A stretch of DNA of 62,153 nt, filler included. It is 13 parts of 13 records of this genome, joined end to end, with 100 filler letters (N's around TTAATTAATTAA, not from the genome) between each part and the next. Parts side by side here need not be neighbours in the genome. Positions count along the whole stretch, not along the records: positions 38,502 to 43,275 come from SRR7504441_15492; positions 43,376 to 47,439 come from SRR7504441_15500; positions 47,540 to 53,438 come from SRR7504441_15502; positions 53,539 to 57,557 come from SRR7504441_15507; 9 more parts are not named here. One strand, 5' to 3'. The notes beneath the pieces were generated by a model. The model made no database searches, was not told where the DNA came from, and saw nothing but the letters and a program-made list of their open reading frames with translations. Of the stretch, positions 41,178 through 53,665 are shown piece by piece. Every line of letters starts with the position of its first letter. The stretch's first letter is position 1. Made by a program: the position numbers and the translations under genes.

Positions 41178-43275
41178 TTAAATTCTCATTGGTCTGTGTA
41201 GCTTTTTGTCCTGCAAGTGCTGCTCCTTTTGCCGCCTGGTGGCCTCTTCTCGGCGTGCAATCGCGGCAGTGGAGGTCTTGGTGACGCTCTGCACGCACAT
41301 TTGGGCTGCTTGGAGCAACTCGTTCAGCTCGCTCTGCCCGCCGGTCGGGTAGATCAGCTCGTACTCGCCGTGCAGAGCTGGCAGCCCAAGCTCCACTGGC
41401 TCCACCACAGCCTCCGGTTGCTCCGGCGCGGCGCCTTTGGGTGCACTGCCGGCCGTCTGGGGCCGCACCAGCCGGGGCCTGTCGACGCTCTGTGCGCTGG
41501 GTGGGCGTGGCTTGAGCCGCAGCTTGGAGCTTGCCGGCCTTGGGTGCACCACGCGGATTGGCAGGGTCTCGGCCACGGAGGAGCACCGGGGCTCCGGCAG
41601 GCTTGTTGCGTTGTAGCTGGCTGAGTAGCTCTGGTTGCTGCCACACACTCGGAGCGCGGACAGCCTAGGGGTGCTTCGCTTCTTGGGCCGCATCTCCCAT
41701 CCGGGCATCAGATCGCTCATCTTGGGAGCCAGCCCCGAGAGTTTGCTGCTATTCAGCCTGGCTATCATCCCAGCCGACAGCCTGCCCGGCTGCTTGGCCG
41801 GACTGGCCGGTGGCTTGCTGGGGCTCAGGCTCGGGCTTGGACTCGGGCTTGGGCTCGGGGTGGCTGATTGCCTGCTGTGGACCACAGGCCGGGTGCGGCT
41901 CGTATCGTCTGGGAGCGAAGAGCGCCTGCGGGCGAGCAGCTTCTTGTTTGCTGGGGCCTTGAGCGAGAAGAGCTTGCTCTGCCAGGTGCGCTGTTGGTCA
42001 AGCCACTGCTTCTTCCGGCGCTGGTTGAGCCCGCACAGCTCGAACGCGCCCTGGACCACTGAGCTCTTGATCCTGGTGTCCAGCTCGGAGCCACAAGTGA
42101 ACGATGGAGCCTGGTTGACCTCTATCAGGTGAACCTGCAGGTCTGCGTCCAGCATCAGATCGAACCCCAGGATCTCGAAGCAGTGCGAGTCGGCCAGCTT
42201 GCCGTTAGAGGGCGGCAGTAAAAAATGGGCCCGGTATTTGTGCACGAGCATCGGTGAGATGGTGATGATCGTCTTGAGCACCACCTGGCAAAGCCGGCGC
42301 CATATGGGCTCGGACGGCTCGCCGCTGCTCTCGAGCATCCGCATCACCGAGCTGATGCTTCGCTTGGAGCCCTCGCCCTCGCACTCGCTCTTATCAAACT
42401 GCTTGCTCTTCTTGTTCACGGCATAGTTAGTCAGGTGCATGCACCGGCTCCTGAGGTTGCTTTGCTTGGGCCGCTCGTAGCTCGAAGTGGCCAGTCGGGC
42501 CAGCCCGTCCCTGTGGATGTACACCACCAGCGGGTCCACCGCCAGCACCAACACGTATACGCGCAGGTCAAACTTGAAGTTGTCGATCAGCAGCGGCCTA
42601 TCTATGTACTCCTGCACCACAAAGCAACCCTTCTTCTTAGGCAGCCGCCCAACCCCGTTGGCGGTGCATGCGACCAGGTAAATCCCCTTGCCCTGCGCCC
42701 GCCGGGCCGGCTTGACTATCAGCACCTTCCTGGCCGCCTTCTTGGTGTCGCGCATGTGTGACTGGAGCGCGCCGAGCTCGCCCGGCAGCAGCCAGCTGCG
42801 CGGGTAGAAGTCAAACTGGTCCGGGAACTGCCGGCGCATGATGTTCAGGTTGAACGCTAGAAAGTCCTTCCGGCATATGTCGCTCATCCCAGGGAAGTGG
42901 TTGGTACACTGGATTTTGTTAAACCTGAACCCTTTCTTGAACACGGCGTCCGTATCCGACCAGAACAGGTCCCAGCCGCTGTTGGCGCTGCTCGACACCC
43001 AGCCCTGCCGCTTGACGCACTTCTTGACCAGCCTGTACATGCAGCAGCTCACATTCACCTGCCGCCGGCTAGCCACCGCGCCGGGCACCGGCCCGACCTT
43101 GATCTTGCATTTGGTCCCCTTGGACGATCTCCGGCGCCAGCTGGCCTTGGCTGGCGACCCCTCCCCCGAAGTCACGTTGCAGCTGCTCAGTTTCACCAGC
43201 GGCGTCGGCTCCTCCTCCTCCTCGTCGTCCTCCTCCTCTTCCACATCCTCCTCTTCCTCCTCTTCCTCCTCCTCC
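41178..43275 (-). CDS. Tubulin polyglutamylase, TTLL6/TTLL13-like (5' partial, intronless)
   Basis: WDLFWSD, NHFPGMSDICRKDFL, FYPRSWLLP, IVKPARRAQGKGIYL, QEYIDRPLLIDNFKFDLRVY, MHLTNYAVNK, CFEILGFDLMLD, LIEVNQAPSF. Confidence 0.93.
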
Positions 43276-43703
43276 NNNNNNNNNNNNNNNNNNNNNNNNN
43301 NNNNNNNNNNNNNNNNNNNTTAATTAATTAANNNNNNNNNNNNNNNNNNNNNNNNNNNNNNNNNNNNNNNNNNNNGAGCGCTACTCACGGAGGCGAGTAG
43401 CTACACATCATCGCATCATTACCGCCGGTTACGCGGTTACGCCGGCGCCCATTATTATACAATGTCATACTGTCTCGTATGTCGACTATATGTCGACCGT
43501 ACAATCATATCGGTAATGATTTGAATTCTAGTACTGCGTATATACATGGTACATGCATGGTACGAGTACATTCTAGTCATTCTAGTCAGCAGAAGTGCGC
43601 AACAATCTTCAGATGGTACCTAATTATACCTAATGGTACCAAAGTACTATCAAAGAATATTTCAAATGGTGGTCAACAAACCGGGGCTGGCGTTGTGTGA
43701 CGA

Positions 43704-45025
43704 TCACAACTTGCTAAGGACAGAAAAATGCCGTCGGTCGCCACTTAGCAACGTTGCGGCTTGCTCCACCATCTCCACCACTAGGTCTCCGGCCGGCCGG
43801 AGCTGGTTGATGGCTCCGATGCACTGGCCAGTCACAAACGCCTGCCTGGCCATGTCCAGCTCACCCATGTCGACTACCTGGGCACCAAATCTCATTCGTG
43901 CAGCCCCAACAAGCCAATGCCTGTCCAGCCGCAGAGTGCAGCCTCCAGACGCCATCCTGAGTCGACCGGCCCACGCTCCCGCCGGGAGCCACCAGCAGTC
44001 CACCCGCAGGTGGCTCCACGATGCCAGCCTCGGTCGCCCGCTTTGCCATTGCAGCCTTCTCATACTGGACACACCCGCCGCTTGGTGACAGCTGGGGGAA
44101 GCTAGCCACCTCGGCTACATACTTGTTGTTGAGTGCCCGGAGCGGGGCACCAGTAAAGGCGCGGGTGACTATGGTATCGTTCTCAGATGCGCCAAGCAGG
44201 TGCTTCTTGTATTCGATGTGCGTGTGTGCTTCAGGTGTGAGCATAAATCGGGTGCCAACCCACACGCCAGCGGCACCGAGCGCCAGGGAAGCAGCCAGCC
44301 CACGACCATCGAAGATCCCACCGGCAGCCACCACCGGCACATCTGCCCCCACTGCATCCACCACCATTGGGAGCAGCACAGACAGCGCTATCTGGCCGGT
44401 GTGGCCTCCACCCTCGGTGCCCTGCCCGGGGCAGTGGGCCTTGGCCGGCAGCCGAGCTACCTGGACTATGATGAAGTCGACTCCTTCGGCCACGGCCCGC
44501 GCGGCGTGCTCCACCTTGCCGGCGATCGAGCCGACCACCATCCCCGCCGCGTGGAATTTGTCCACCACCGCGCGCCGGGGAAAGCCACGCCCCGAGATGA
44601 ACGCCCTGGCGCCCTCCTCCGCAAATACCTGGTGCAGGGTGAGTCGACGGGCCGGCCGGGTAGCCGCCTTGATCAGCTGAGGCATCACTCCTCCTTCGGC
44701 CCCGTGAACCAACAGATCAACTCCGTACGGCCGGCCGCCACACAGCTGCGTGATCTCGCGTAGCTGCGCCCCGTCGGCCCGGGCCACGCGCGGCACATAC
44801 CTGCTGCCGCAGCTGGTTCGGCCCATCCCGCGAGACCGACACCGCGGCCCCGAATGTGGCAAAGCCGCCGGCGCGCGCCACCGCGCCCACCTGTCGGTCT
44901 GGCTGGGGCCGGCGGGGGGCAGGTGGTACCAGCTGCTTGCCGGCGATGCCGCCCATCCCGGCCAGCATGACCGGGTGCTCGACCCCGAGCAGCTCCGTCA
45001 ACTTGGTGCTGATCCGCGGTGCCAT
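43704..45025 (-). CDS. Nitronate monooxygenase / 2-nitropropane dioxygenase-like FMN enzyme; about 7 introns including GC-AG
   Basis: MAPRISTKLTELLGVEHPVMLAGMGG, PYGVDLL, GVDFIIVQ|GTEGGGHTG, VPVVAAGGIFDGRGLAASLALGAAGVWVGTRF, GQCIGAINQLRPAGDLV. Confidence 0.9.
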
Positions 45026-45316
45026 ACGCGCTGAAGATGTGCGCTGGGCTGACGCAAACCGAGATTGGCGAGCCACCTGCGCCATCCAACTCAGCTGCCA
45101 CCCGCGAGCAGGGCCACCTCGCAATCAGTGGCTGACAGGCTGAGTGCCGCGGCCGTTGCTCAATGCTGCCGCTGTACGCTGTTTTTGCGCGAACTGGCTA
45201 GGGGGGATGCGGGGCCAGCCCTCCTGGGCCTGCGTCATCCGCGCATCAGCCTGGGTTGGACTGCCACGTGAGAGCAAGCATGCGTTGCGCGACCGGCCGA
45301 ACCGCTGCTGACGAGA

Positions 45317-47439
45317 ATGCAGCCGTTCAATCCGGCCGGGCAGGGCGGCCAATCGCCACTGGTGGTGAGTGGCCGAGCCCTTGGTGCAGCTGATTGAGGA
45401 GCTGTGGCAGGTCTTCAACATTGGATCGTGGCCAGCTGGGGGCTCCCCCGCCGCCTGGGATCTGGCCACGCCCACCCGGACGCAGCCGCGTGCGGCCAGC
45501 TCGCTCAGTGACCTCGAGCTCGCCCTCGAGGTAGCTGCGGCCGGGCGGGCAGGCTGACTCCTTGGGCGCAGAGGGAGCACCAGTTGCGCGACCAGCGGCG
45601 GCGGCTGGGCTCGAGCTTCGAGGATCCGCCCAGCAGCCAGTCCATCTCGCAGGTGCCCGCCCCGCCGCCGCCCCGTGAGCTGAGGGCGTGGCAGAATGAC
45701 GGAGCGGCGCTGGCCCAGGCTGGCGCGCAGATCCAGCGGATGCGGGATGAGCTCAATGAGGCCCAGGCCCAGATCAAGCGTATGACCAAATCACGCACGC
45801 CTGAGCCCACCCGACGGATCCGACGGCGTAAGCCGCGGCGGCGCTCAAGCGAGCGGACTGAAGAGCCGCTGCCGGATTGGGACTGTGAGCAGCAAGGCGC
45901 CGTCCAGGCTGCATGCTTTAGGTGGCGGCAGCAGCGTCTGGTCGCCGCAATCGATCACTGGTCGGCGGATGCCACTGCTAGGCGGAACGCGCAGCAGATC
46001 CTGCAGATTGCGCGGCAACGCTGGGAGGGGGACGCGCAGCGGGGTCGGCTCCAGTGTTGGGTGAGTGCGCTGCTGTTGGCTTGCAAATCTGATTGCACGA
46101 GTGGCAGTATGTAAGTCTGTGCAAGAGCCGGCTCCGACGGGAGGACCTGGCAGTCGCCTGCTTCCGGTGGCAGCGGCAGCGGTTGGTGGCCACGATCGAT
46201 CATTGGTGGGCGAATGCGGCGGCAAGGCAGAACGCACAGCAGATGATGCAGGGCTCGCAACATCGGTGGGAGGAGGATATGCAGCGGGGTGGGCTACAGC
46301 GCTGGGTGAGTCTGCGTGTATGATGCTTTTGTATGCACTGGTGGGCTGATGAGCTGAGACCCAATTGGTTGGCAGATAATTCACGTGCAAGATGCAGTCT
46401 GGCATCATGCAATCCGACAAAAAGCCTGCTGTCGATGGCGTCAGGCGAGTTTGGCTGTGGCACTGGACAAATGGTGTAACAGTGCGGTCAACCGTGATCG
46501 AATGATAGATTCAGTGCATCGCGCTCACGAATTGTGGGAAGAGAATTCAAAACATGCAGGAATTGCCTCACTTATAGAGTTCAAGGATGCCACAGCCAGA
46601 CTCTCTGAGTCACTATCTCCACCATCAGTGGATAAATTAGAAGGTCGGAATTCAGCGTTTAGTGTCCCCAAGAGGAAGCGCAAGGGCTCAGGTCGAAGTA
46701 GCAAGGGCTCAGATAGAAACACAACTGTAGATAGAAATAGGACAGCGAGGGCTAATGAACCCAGCACGCATTCTCAGGGTCGGGCAGGCCGTAGTGTGAG
46801 AGGTTCTTCCATACAGCGCAGGGCAGAAGAAGCTGTCGACATGGTCATGCAGCAGGCCGAGCAGAAGGCACAAGAAAAAATGAAGAGTATTGAGAAAACA
46901 GCCAAACCACAACCCCGTAGAGAAACAAATCCCGAAGTGCACCGAGAGCAGGCAGCTACTGCACCAGTGGATGCAGGTGCAGCAGCAGCGGCTGACAATC
47001 GGGAGCAACCATCAGTACCAGGTGACATGTCGAGGTCTGCAGAGGAGACAGATGTCGATGCTAAGCAGGGAAGCAGGCGTGCAATACCCCGAGCAGAGCT
47101 TCGACGGCAACATGAGCTCTTGGAGGTGTTTAATGAATTCGACGCGGAGAGCACTGGGAGCATTGCCGGTGCTGACGTGGAGCAACTTGGTCAGATACAG
47201 GGGCCATGGGACAGGGATAGGACTGACATGTTAGTGGCTCAGCTTGGTACCAGTGGAGGGGGACGGGTTTCTGGCGCCGTATTTGTTCAGCATTTATACA
47301 CACTTACAGCTGACCTGTCCGACCCTGATTTTGATGAATTTGTCATGCAGTGCAAGCTGATAGCGCGGATTACAACAAGTGCACGAGCCCAGCAGGAGGC
47401 CAGCCTTCAGCAGGAGAGAGTAAATTACATCCAACAAGA
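45317..47439 (+). CDS. Protein with Trp-containing Sfi1-like helical repeats and a degenerate EF-hand pair (3' partial)
   Basis: Three repeats AC(F/C)RW.Q..L...(I/L)D.W separated by introns; LLEVFNEFDAESTGSIAGAD...LGTSGGGRVSGAVF is EF-like. Confidence 0.6.
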
Positions 47440-47539
47440 NNNNNNNNNNNNNNNNNNNNNNNNNNNNNNNNNNNNNNNNNNNNTTAATTAATTAANNNNN
47501 NNNNNNNNNNNNNNNNNNNNNNNNNNNNNNNNNNNNNNN

Positions 47540-47628
47540 CCTCTGGATACACTCGCCGGCCAGCAGAGCCGCCGGTGGGGCCAGTCTGGTGGTGCAGCTG
47601 CATCTGGATGGCCGCATTTCGGGCCATG
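47540..47628 (-). CDS. Possible 5' end of a gene truncated by the contig edge
   Basis: ATG opens MARNAAIQMQLHHQTGPTGGSAGRRVYPE to the contig end, within GC-rich sequence typical of gene 5' ends in this genome. Confidence 0.25.
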
Positions 47629-48195
47629 GGCGCCGCTCAATGTGCAATCGAACGCGCAGCTACATCGGGCCAGCCCCGCGACCCTCCGGGGCCTCAGTCA
47701 GCGGCGCTCCCGGTGCCGGGCTGCCGCCACACTCGCGCTGCAGGGGGGTGCGATCGGAGCTGATCTGGTCTAAAAGAGGATTGACTAAGTCCACCGGTCG
47801 GTACCGGTTGACAGTACACACCTACCGGCCGGCGAAAATCGCTGACAGTACACACCTACATGAAACCTACATGTATGTCTACAGACCTCTAACGCAGGCC
47901 ACTCAAGCTACAGCTCGGTCTTCTAAAAGAGACAGGTCTCCTGGCTCCACTCCGAACACTAATGACTCTCGGATCCACGGAGGCATGGACGACAAGCAGA
48001 CAAGCATGCGGACAAGCCGTCGCTTGTACTCTTTGTAAGCTTATTGAGTGATTAATTTTAGTGTTACTTGTAATTACTTGTACTTGGACTGGAGGATTTG
48101 TACCCTATCCTCCTAAGTAACTGGTTAGTGCTACGTTTACTGAATAAACAAACACTTCTTCGCAAAAAGAGAAAGCATAGATGGTAACTCTAGAC

Positions 48196-51100
48196 TCACC
48201 GCTTAACATGTTCCACCTTATTCAGCACAACAAAGGTGGCGATCCTGCAGAAGCCGGCATACCCCGCGAGGATACCAACGTTGCGCCACCGGTTGTTGAA
48301 ATCCATATCGAAGGAATCAAGGATGGCATCGCCTCCAAAGCCGCCACAGGTCATTCCATGCAGTTCGTTGGAAACAAGGCCCTCGAGAGCGTAATGGATT
48401 GGGGAGATCCAGTAGAGCCACTTCCAGTAGATCGGAATCTCGCTTGGGACTAGCATGAAGCCCGCAGTCAGAACAAAAAGCGTCGTCAACAATGGGGCAA
48501 TAGCTTGGGCCACAGCCTTGGTTGGAGCAGCCGAAGCAATCAGCTGGCCCAGGCAGATGTTGTACAGCTGACATGCGGATCAGAAGGCAAGCGCTCAGCG
48601 GGTACTGCCTGGTAGACGGTGAAGAGCAGCCAGTAGTAGAAAGGGCGACCGGATCCGGGATTGAAGCCCACCAATCCCCACAAGATCCACATGAAAATAT
48701 TGATGCCAACCATGACATAGGGGAGCTGCCGTCAGTCAGACAGTGATTTGGCATACTCTCACCTCAACAAGAAAGATAGTTGCAAAGTAGGCCCGCTCTT
48801 TGTAGCACAACGAATGACGCTCGCGGAAATGCACAGCGCGCATATCAAAGATAGGGTTCATAGCTTGGAGCATGCTCGTGATCTGCAGCAACATAGCCAA
48901 GAAAAGGGCAGGAATCCTTTGGTAGCAGCCCTTGGTATCGGTGCTGGGCCTGCACCGAAATCAACAAGATAGACCCAGTAAGGGCTTGGAAATTTAGTCT
49001 AGACCCAGTAGGGGTTCCGCTTACCTCAGGAAGAGCAGCCCAACAAACAAGGCAGTCAACACAGAAACCAGCATTCTTATGAAGTTGTAGTCTGGATTCC
49101 GCCAGAAGTCCGTCTCTGCCCGTTTGAGGCAAATCTTTGTTTGCTCACACTCTGTCTCCACGGCAAACAAGCACTTAGGATTGTACTCTGGCTTTGCTGT
49201 TTTGACAAAGTACTTATGAGGCGCAACTTTCGGGATCGACTTATCATTGCCTGCCACCCAGTCCTTGAGCTTCAGACCGAGAACCGATCCTTGATAATCC
49301 TCATCAAACTTCATGCTTGGGTCACAGAAATCCAGGACATAGTCTGCTGGATTTTGCTTCTTCCAGACCGGTGCATCTTTCATCTCCTGAAAGAACTGCA
49401 GTGCCATCGTGTTCGGACTGACATCATTGGCGGAGAGTGCACGCTGTGGGCACGGCCCAAAGTAAACTTGGTAACCTCCCTTCTTTAGCAGCAGCAGATT
49501 GTCAAAGTAGTTGAAGAGAGTTTCAGACGGTTGATGAATCGTGCACACCACGGTGACACCCGCCTGCCGAATGTCCTTGATGCACTCCATGATGGTCAAG
49601 GCTCCAACAGAATCAAGTCCAGAAGTCGGCTCGTCAAGGAAAAGGACTGCTGGGTCAGTGACCAGCTCGACTCCCATGGTGCACCTCTTGAGCTCTTGTG
49701 AATCCAGATCGCTGATCATGATGTCAGCACACTCGTCGAGACGGAGAATGTGGATGGCATATTCAACCATAGCAAGAATATCTTCTTCAGTGACATCTTG
49801 TGAGTTTGGCGGCTGAGTAACACGCGGCAGGCGCGTTTGGGCCGAGAAAGTAAACGCCTCACGAACTGTCTGAGTGACGAGGTGGATGTCGGATTGTTCA
49901 ACATACCCAACATAACGTCGAAAGTAGCGGTCCAGTATCAACGAACCGTCAGGTTTCTGTTCCAGATTTTGGTGGCAAATCGATATAGTACCCCGAATTG
50001 TGCCGCCAGTCTTCATTCCCGCAATGACATCCATGAGGGTAGTCTTGCCCGCTCCCGAGGAACCCATCAGAGCTGTGGCAGTCCCTGGAACAAAGTACCC
50101 GTAGGCACCTTTCAGGAGGCGCAACTGAGTTATGCTTCCTTCATCTGTTTTGATTGGAACATCGTAGGTAAGACTATGGAAGGACAGCGATACTTGCATC
50201 TGTTGATCACGAAGGACCTGAGGCTTAGGTACATCTTCTTCCTTCTTGGGAGCATGCTTGGCTCCACCTTCATTTGACATGTCGTAACGGATAAAGTGAA
50301 AGCAAAGGCAGGCAAAGGAGAAGAATAAAAAGTAAACCCCGCACAGGATACCAAAGTTGACCCACTTTGTGCTTTCTGTGGTCGAGTAGTTGTAGAATTT
50401 CAGCTCCTCATTGCCACTGCGGTAATTAGGACAGTCTGTTGTGTACCCAGTGGCTACGCCGGTTGTGGATATGATCGGTGACCCTGTGCACTCGAAATCT
50501 TGATCGTACAACTCGTTAATCATCATGGCCTCGAAAGCGTAGTGAATTGGCGAAATCCAGTAGCACCAAATGAAGTAGTCTGGAATGTCATCTTTGGAAA
50601 GCAAATAGCCAGAGAAAGAAATAAAGGCCATGCCTGAGACAGGAGCCACAGCTTGTGCAAAAGGCGCATTTGGGGATGCTGCGCTGACAAACTTGGCAAA
50701 CAGGTCCATTGTCAAACACAGTATCAAGACAATCAACACAAAAAAGAAGAACAGATCTGCTTGCGATTGAAATCCAGCAATCCAGTAGACAATTGAGGCA
50801 AACAAGATTGACTTCACAAGAAGAATAGGGAAGGCTGCCATGACAACTGCCGGAACATATGCCAGGGTGCGCACAAGACCCATGCGCTTCTGCTTATAGT
50901 ACACAGCTCGCTCCGCGAGTACCACAGGGATATTCCCAAAAGAACCAAATGTCATGTTGGTGCAAATGAAAAAGATCAGACCTGCCTTAGATTGGCCTCC
51001 TTCTCCAGTACTTGGCAAGTCATAAAACATTGTGCCTGCAAGAAGACCCAAGAAAATGGCCTGAAAGCAGTTTTGCTTCACAGCTGCCATATCGCTCAAG

Positions 51101-53368
51101 ACTAGCTTCCACTGTCGCCCTGCGACGGAGCATAGATTGTGGATGTATGGGTATGCAAACTCCTTCTGGTACATTGCGTCCAATGGAATGACAGGTTCTG
51201 CTAGCACTTGGTCCACCTCTTCACGGTTTGTCCGGCACGCCTCGCTTGCAAGCCAGGCCGCATTGAACGATTCAGGGTCATGCGGTCGCTGCTCAATTGG
51301 TGTAGGATTTGGATTTTGGCCCTGTTGCGCCATCCATTCATTGTGAAGCTCGCCAAATTCCTTGGTCTTGGCGGGCCCTGAGGTGACTTGATCGAGGAAG
51401 TCTGGGGTCGGCATGAAGTCCGGCTTATGCAGCCCCAACGTCTCAAAGTATTCGAGCACCAGATCAACTTTGAGCCCGGTGACAGGGTCTGCAGCCTCCC
51501 GCTTGCCAGAGTAGACAATCTTGCCGCTGTTTAGCATGATGATTCGGTCGTACAGTTTGTAGATTGAGGCTGAAGGCTGGAGTAGGGAGGTGATAACAGT
51601 ATTTTGGAGCTGGATGCATGCCTGCTTCTGTGCAGAGATCACTGCCAAGGCTGAGTTCGAATCGAGGCCGTTGGTAATCTCGTCACAAAACATCATGGGC
51701 GCCTTCTTGAGAAGGGCCTCTCCGATGCTCACGCGCCGGCGCTCTCCGCCAGAAACCCCGCGGATCATCTGGTTCCCAACCACTGTGCCAGACACGTGAG
51801 TCAACCGGAGCACTCGGAGCACCACAGCCACCACTGACTGCATCACCGACTCATACGTCGCCTTGACCTCCAGCATAAGCTTGTTGGCTGCCTCAACGAC
51901 GTGCTCCGGAATACCCTCAGTCCTCATAGGGCCATCAGAGTCGTCGGGAAGCCAGTTCTTGAAATCTTCCAGCGATGCTTCGCCCCGCTCCACAAGATCG
52001 GAGATGACTTGATCATAGGCAACCTTCTCCATGTACTGGTCAAGCAGATCGTAGTTGATAGCCGCCGTGTTGTCATGAACGAACTGGAAAGTGTCTCCTA
52101 CTGTCAAAAGAGGCAAATGCTCGTCAAACGGCAGCACCTGCAGCACAGCAGACTGACTGGCGCCCTGCCCGTCCGCTCACCAAGTTGACCATCCGCTCGA
52201 GCTCGTGGCAAATGTCGTTCCCGTTATACTTGAGAGAGCCCACTATTTGCCCGATGTTACCTGGACCGGCTTGCCGCCGGCTGAGGTGGAGCACCAACCT
52301 GCATGCTTCCTGTACCGCTGCGAGAGCACCTTGAGCAGGGTCGATTTGCCGGAGCCGGGCGGCCCGATCACCAGCGCCATTTCGCCCCCCCTGCCCCGCA
52401 CTCAGGCCAGCTAGAGCAGAGCCCGAACCGGCAGACTGCATCGAGATTTTCAAACAGCATGTGCTTCTGCCTGTCGCCCGCCAGAGCCGACTCGCAGCAC
52501 CCCGTGAGCGCGCCCTTGATGCGAGTCCAAACCGTCTGACGCTCCTTCTCCTTCTTGACAGCCTCGAATCCGAGGCCCTTCATCCCAATCGTGATGTCCC
52601 TCTTCGGGCCGTGTACTTGTGTGGCCACCATCTTGAGGTGCTCCGCGATGTCAAACGCCTCCGACCCAGGATCCTTCTGGTGCCGCAAGCCGTCCTGGTA
52701 CTTTGCAACTGCCGCGCGCGCTCAGATTGCGGCTCAGGCCCGCTGTGCACCGGAAGACGGCACTTGCTGCTCCAGGTAGCGCAACAGGAACTCGAATCTG
52801 GCCCGCGGTGAGCATGTGCCGGCCCCGGGGGCGGGCACATGGCATGCCCGAACCGCTGGGCCGACGGGGTGTCGGGCAGGCTCTTGTGCAGCTCGCCCGC
52901 GGCTTGCTCCCAGTGGTTGATGAACTCATCCCGTGGGATCCCCACGATCGGGCGGGGGCAGTCCGGGTGCTGCGGATTATCCTTGTGCTCGACGAGCAGC
53001 TGCTTCTGCTCCGAGCTCAGCGTCTCCTTCCACTCTTGCCGCCTGTCGGCGAAGAGCGCGTCGATCATCGGCATGCTCACCCCGAGGTCGACTGCCGAGG
53101 CCTCTTCGGCGGCCACCGCGCCGCTCCGAGAGACGTTGATGTTGTCAAACAGGTTGCCGATCCGGAGACGCCATGAGGCACCCATGTCGGTCCGCTCCGT
53201 GTCCTGTTCCAGCGGCGGCCGGGTGAAGAGCGGGGCGTACATGTCCGCGAGCTCCTGCCGGTTGCGCGGGCCGGTCTGCGGGTTGGCGTTCTGGATATCC
53301 ATCAGGGCCACTTCCGCGGTGTCGCCCCCACGGACCACAGGGTTGACCCCCACCATCTCGGATGACAT
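48196..53368 (-). CDS. Full-size ABCG / pleiotropic drug resistance (PDR) transporter
   Basis: NBD1 GPPGSGKSTLL, RGVSGGERRRVSIGE, CDEITNGLDS; TMD1; NBD2 ALMGSSGAGKTTLMDV, LFLDEPTSGLDS, CTIHQPS; TMD2 ending ...VEHVKR*. Several short introns near both ends. Confidence 0.95.
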
Positions 53369-53665
53369 CTCGACGCCGGCCAACCGCACAGGTCAGCGTG
53401 TCACGGCAGTTGGACGCTGAGTCAGCCAACGGTTTTTANNNNNNNNNNNNNNNNNNNNNNNNNNNNNNNNNNNNNNNNNNNNTTAATTAATTAANNNNNN
53501 NNNNNNNNNNNNNNNNNNNNNNNNNNNNNNNNNNNNNNGCGCAGTAGCATCATCTAGATCCTGCAGGTCCAGCCGCGTCCCCGATCAGCGCCAAAGCTCA
53601 TGGTAAAGCCTACCAAACCCCGACATCTCCCCTTCACTTGGGTTGAGTGCAAACGGCGAAAAAAG

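Noticed and set aside
48581-48625. GC-AG intron in the ABCG gene (YQ|LYN)
   Set aside because: An in-frame GT donor 3 nt downstream works equally well, so it was not counted as GC-AG.
48970-49015. Direct repeat TAGACCCAGTA(A/G)GGG inside an ABCG intron as a mobile-element end
   Set aside because: There are only two short copies within one 70-80-nt intron and no transposase; it fits the general micro-duplication pattern.
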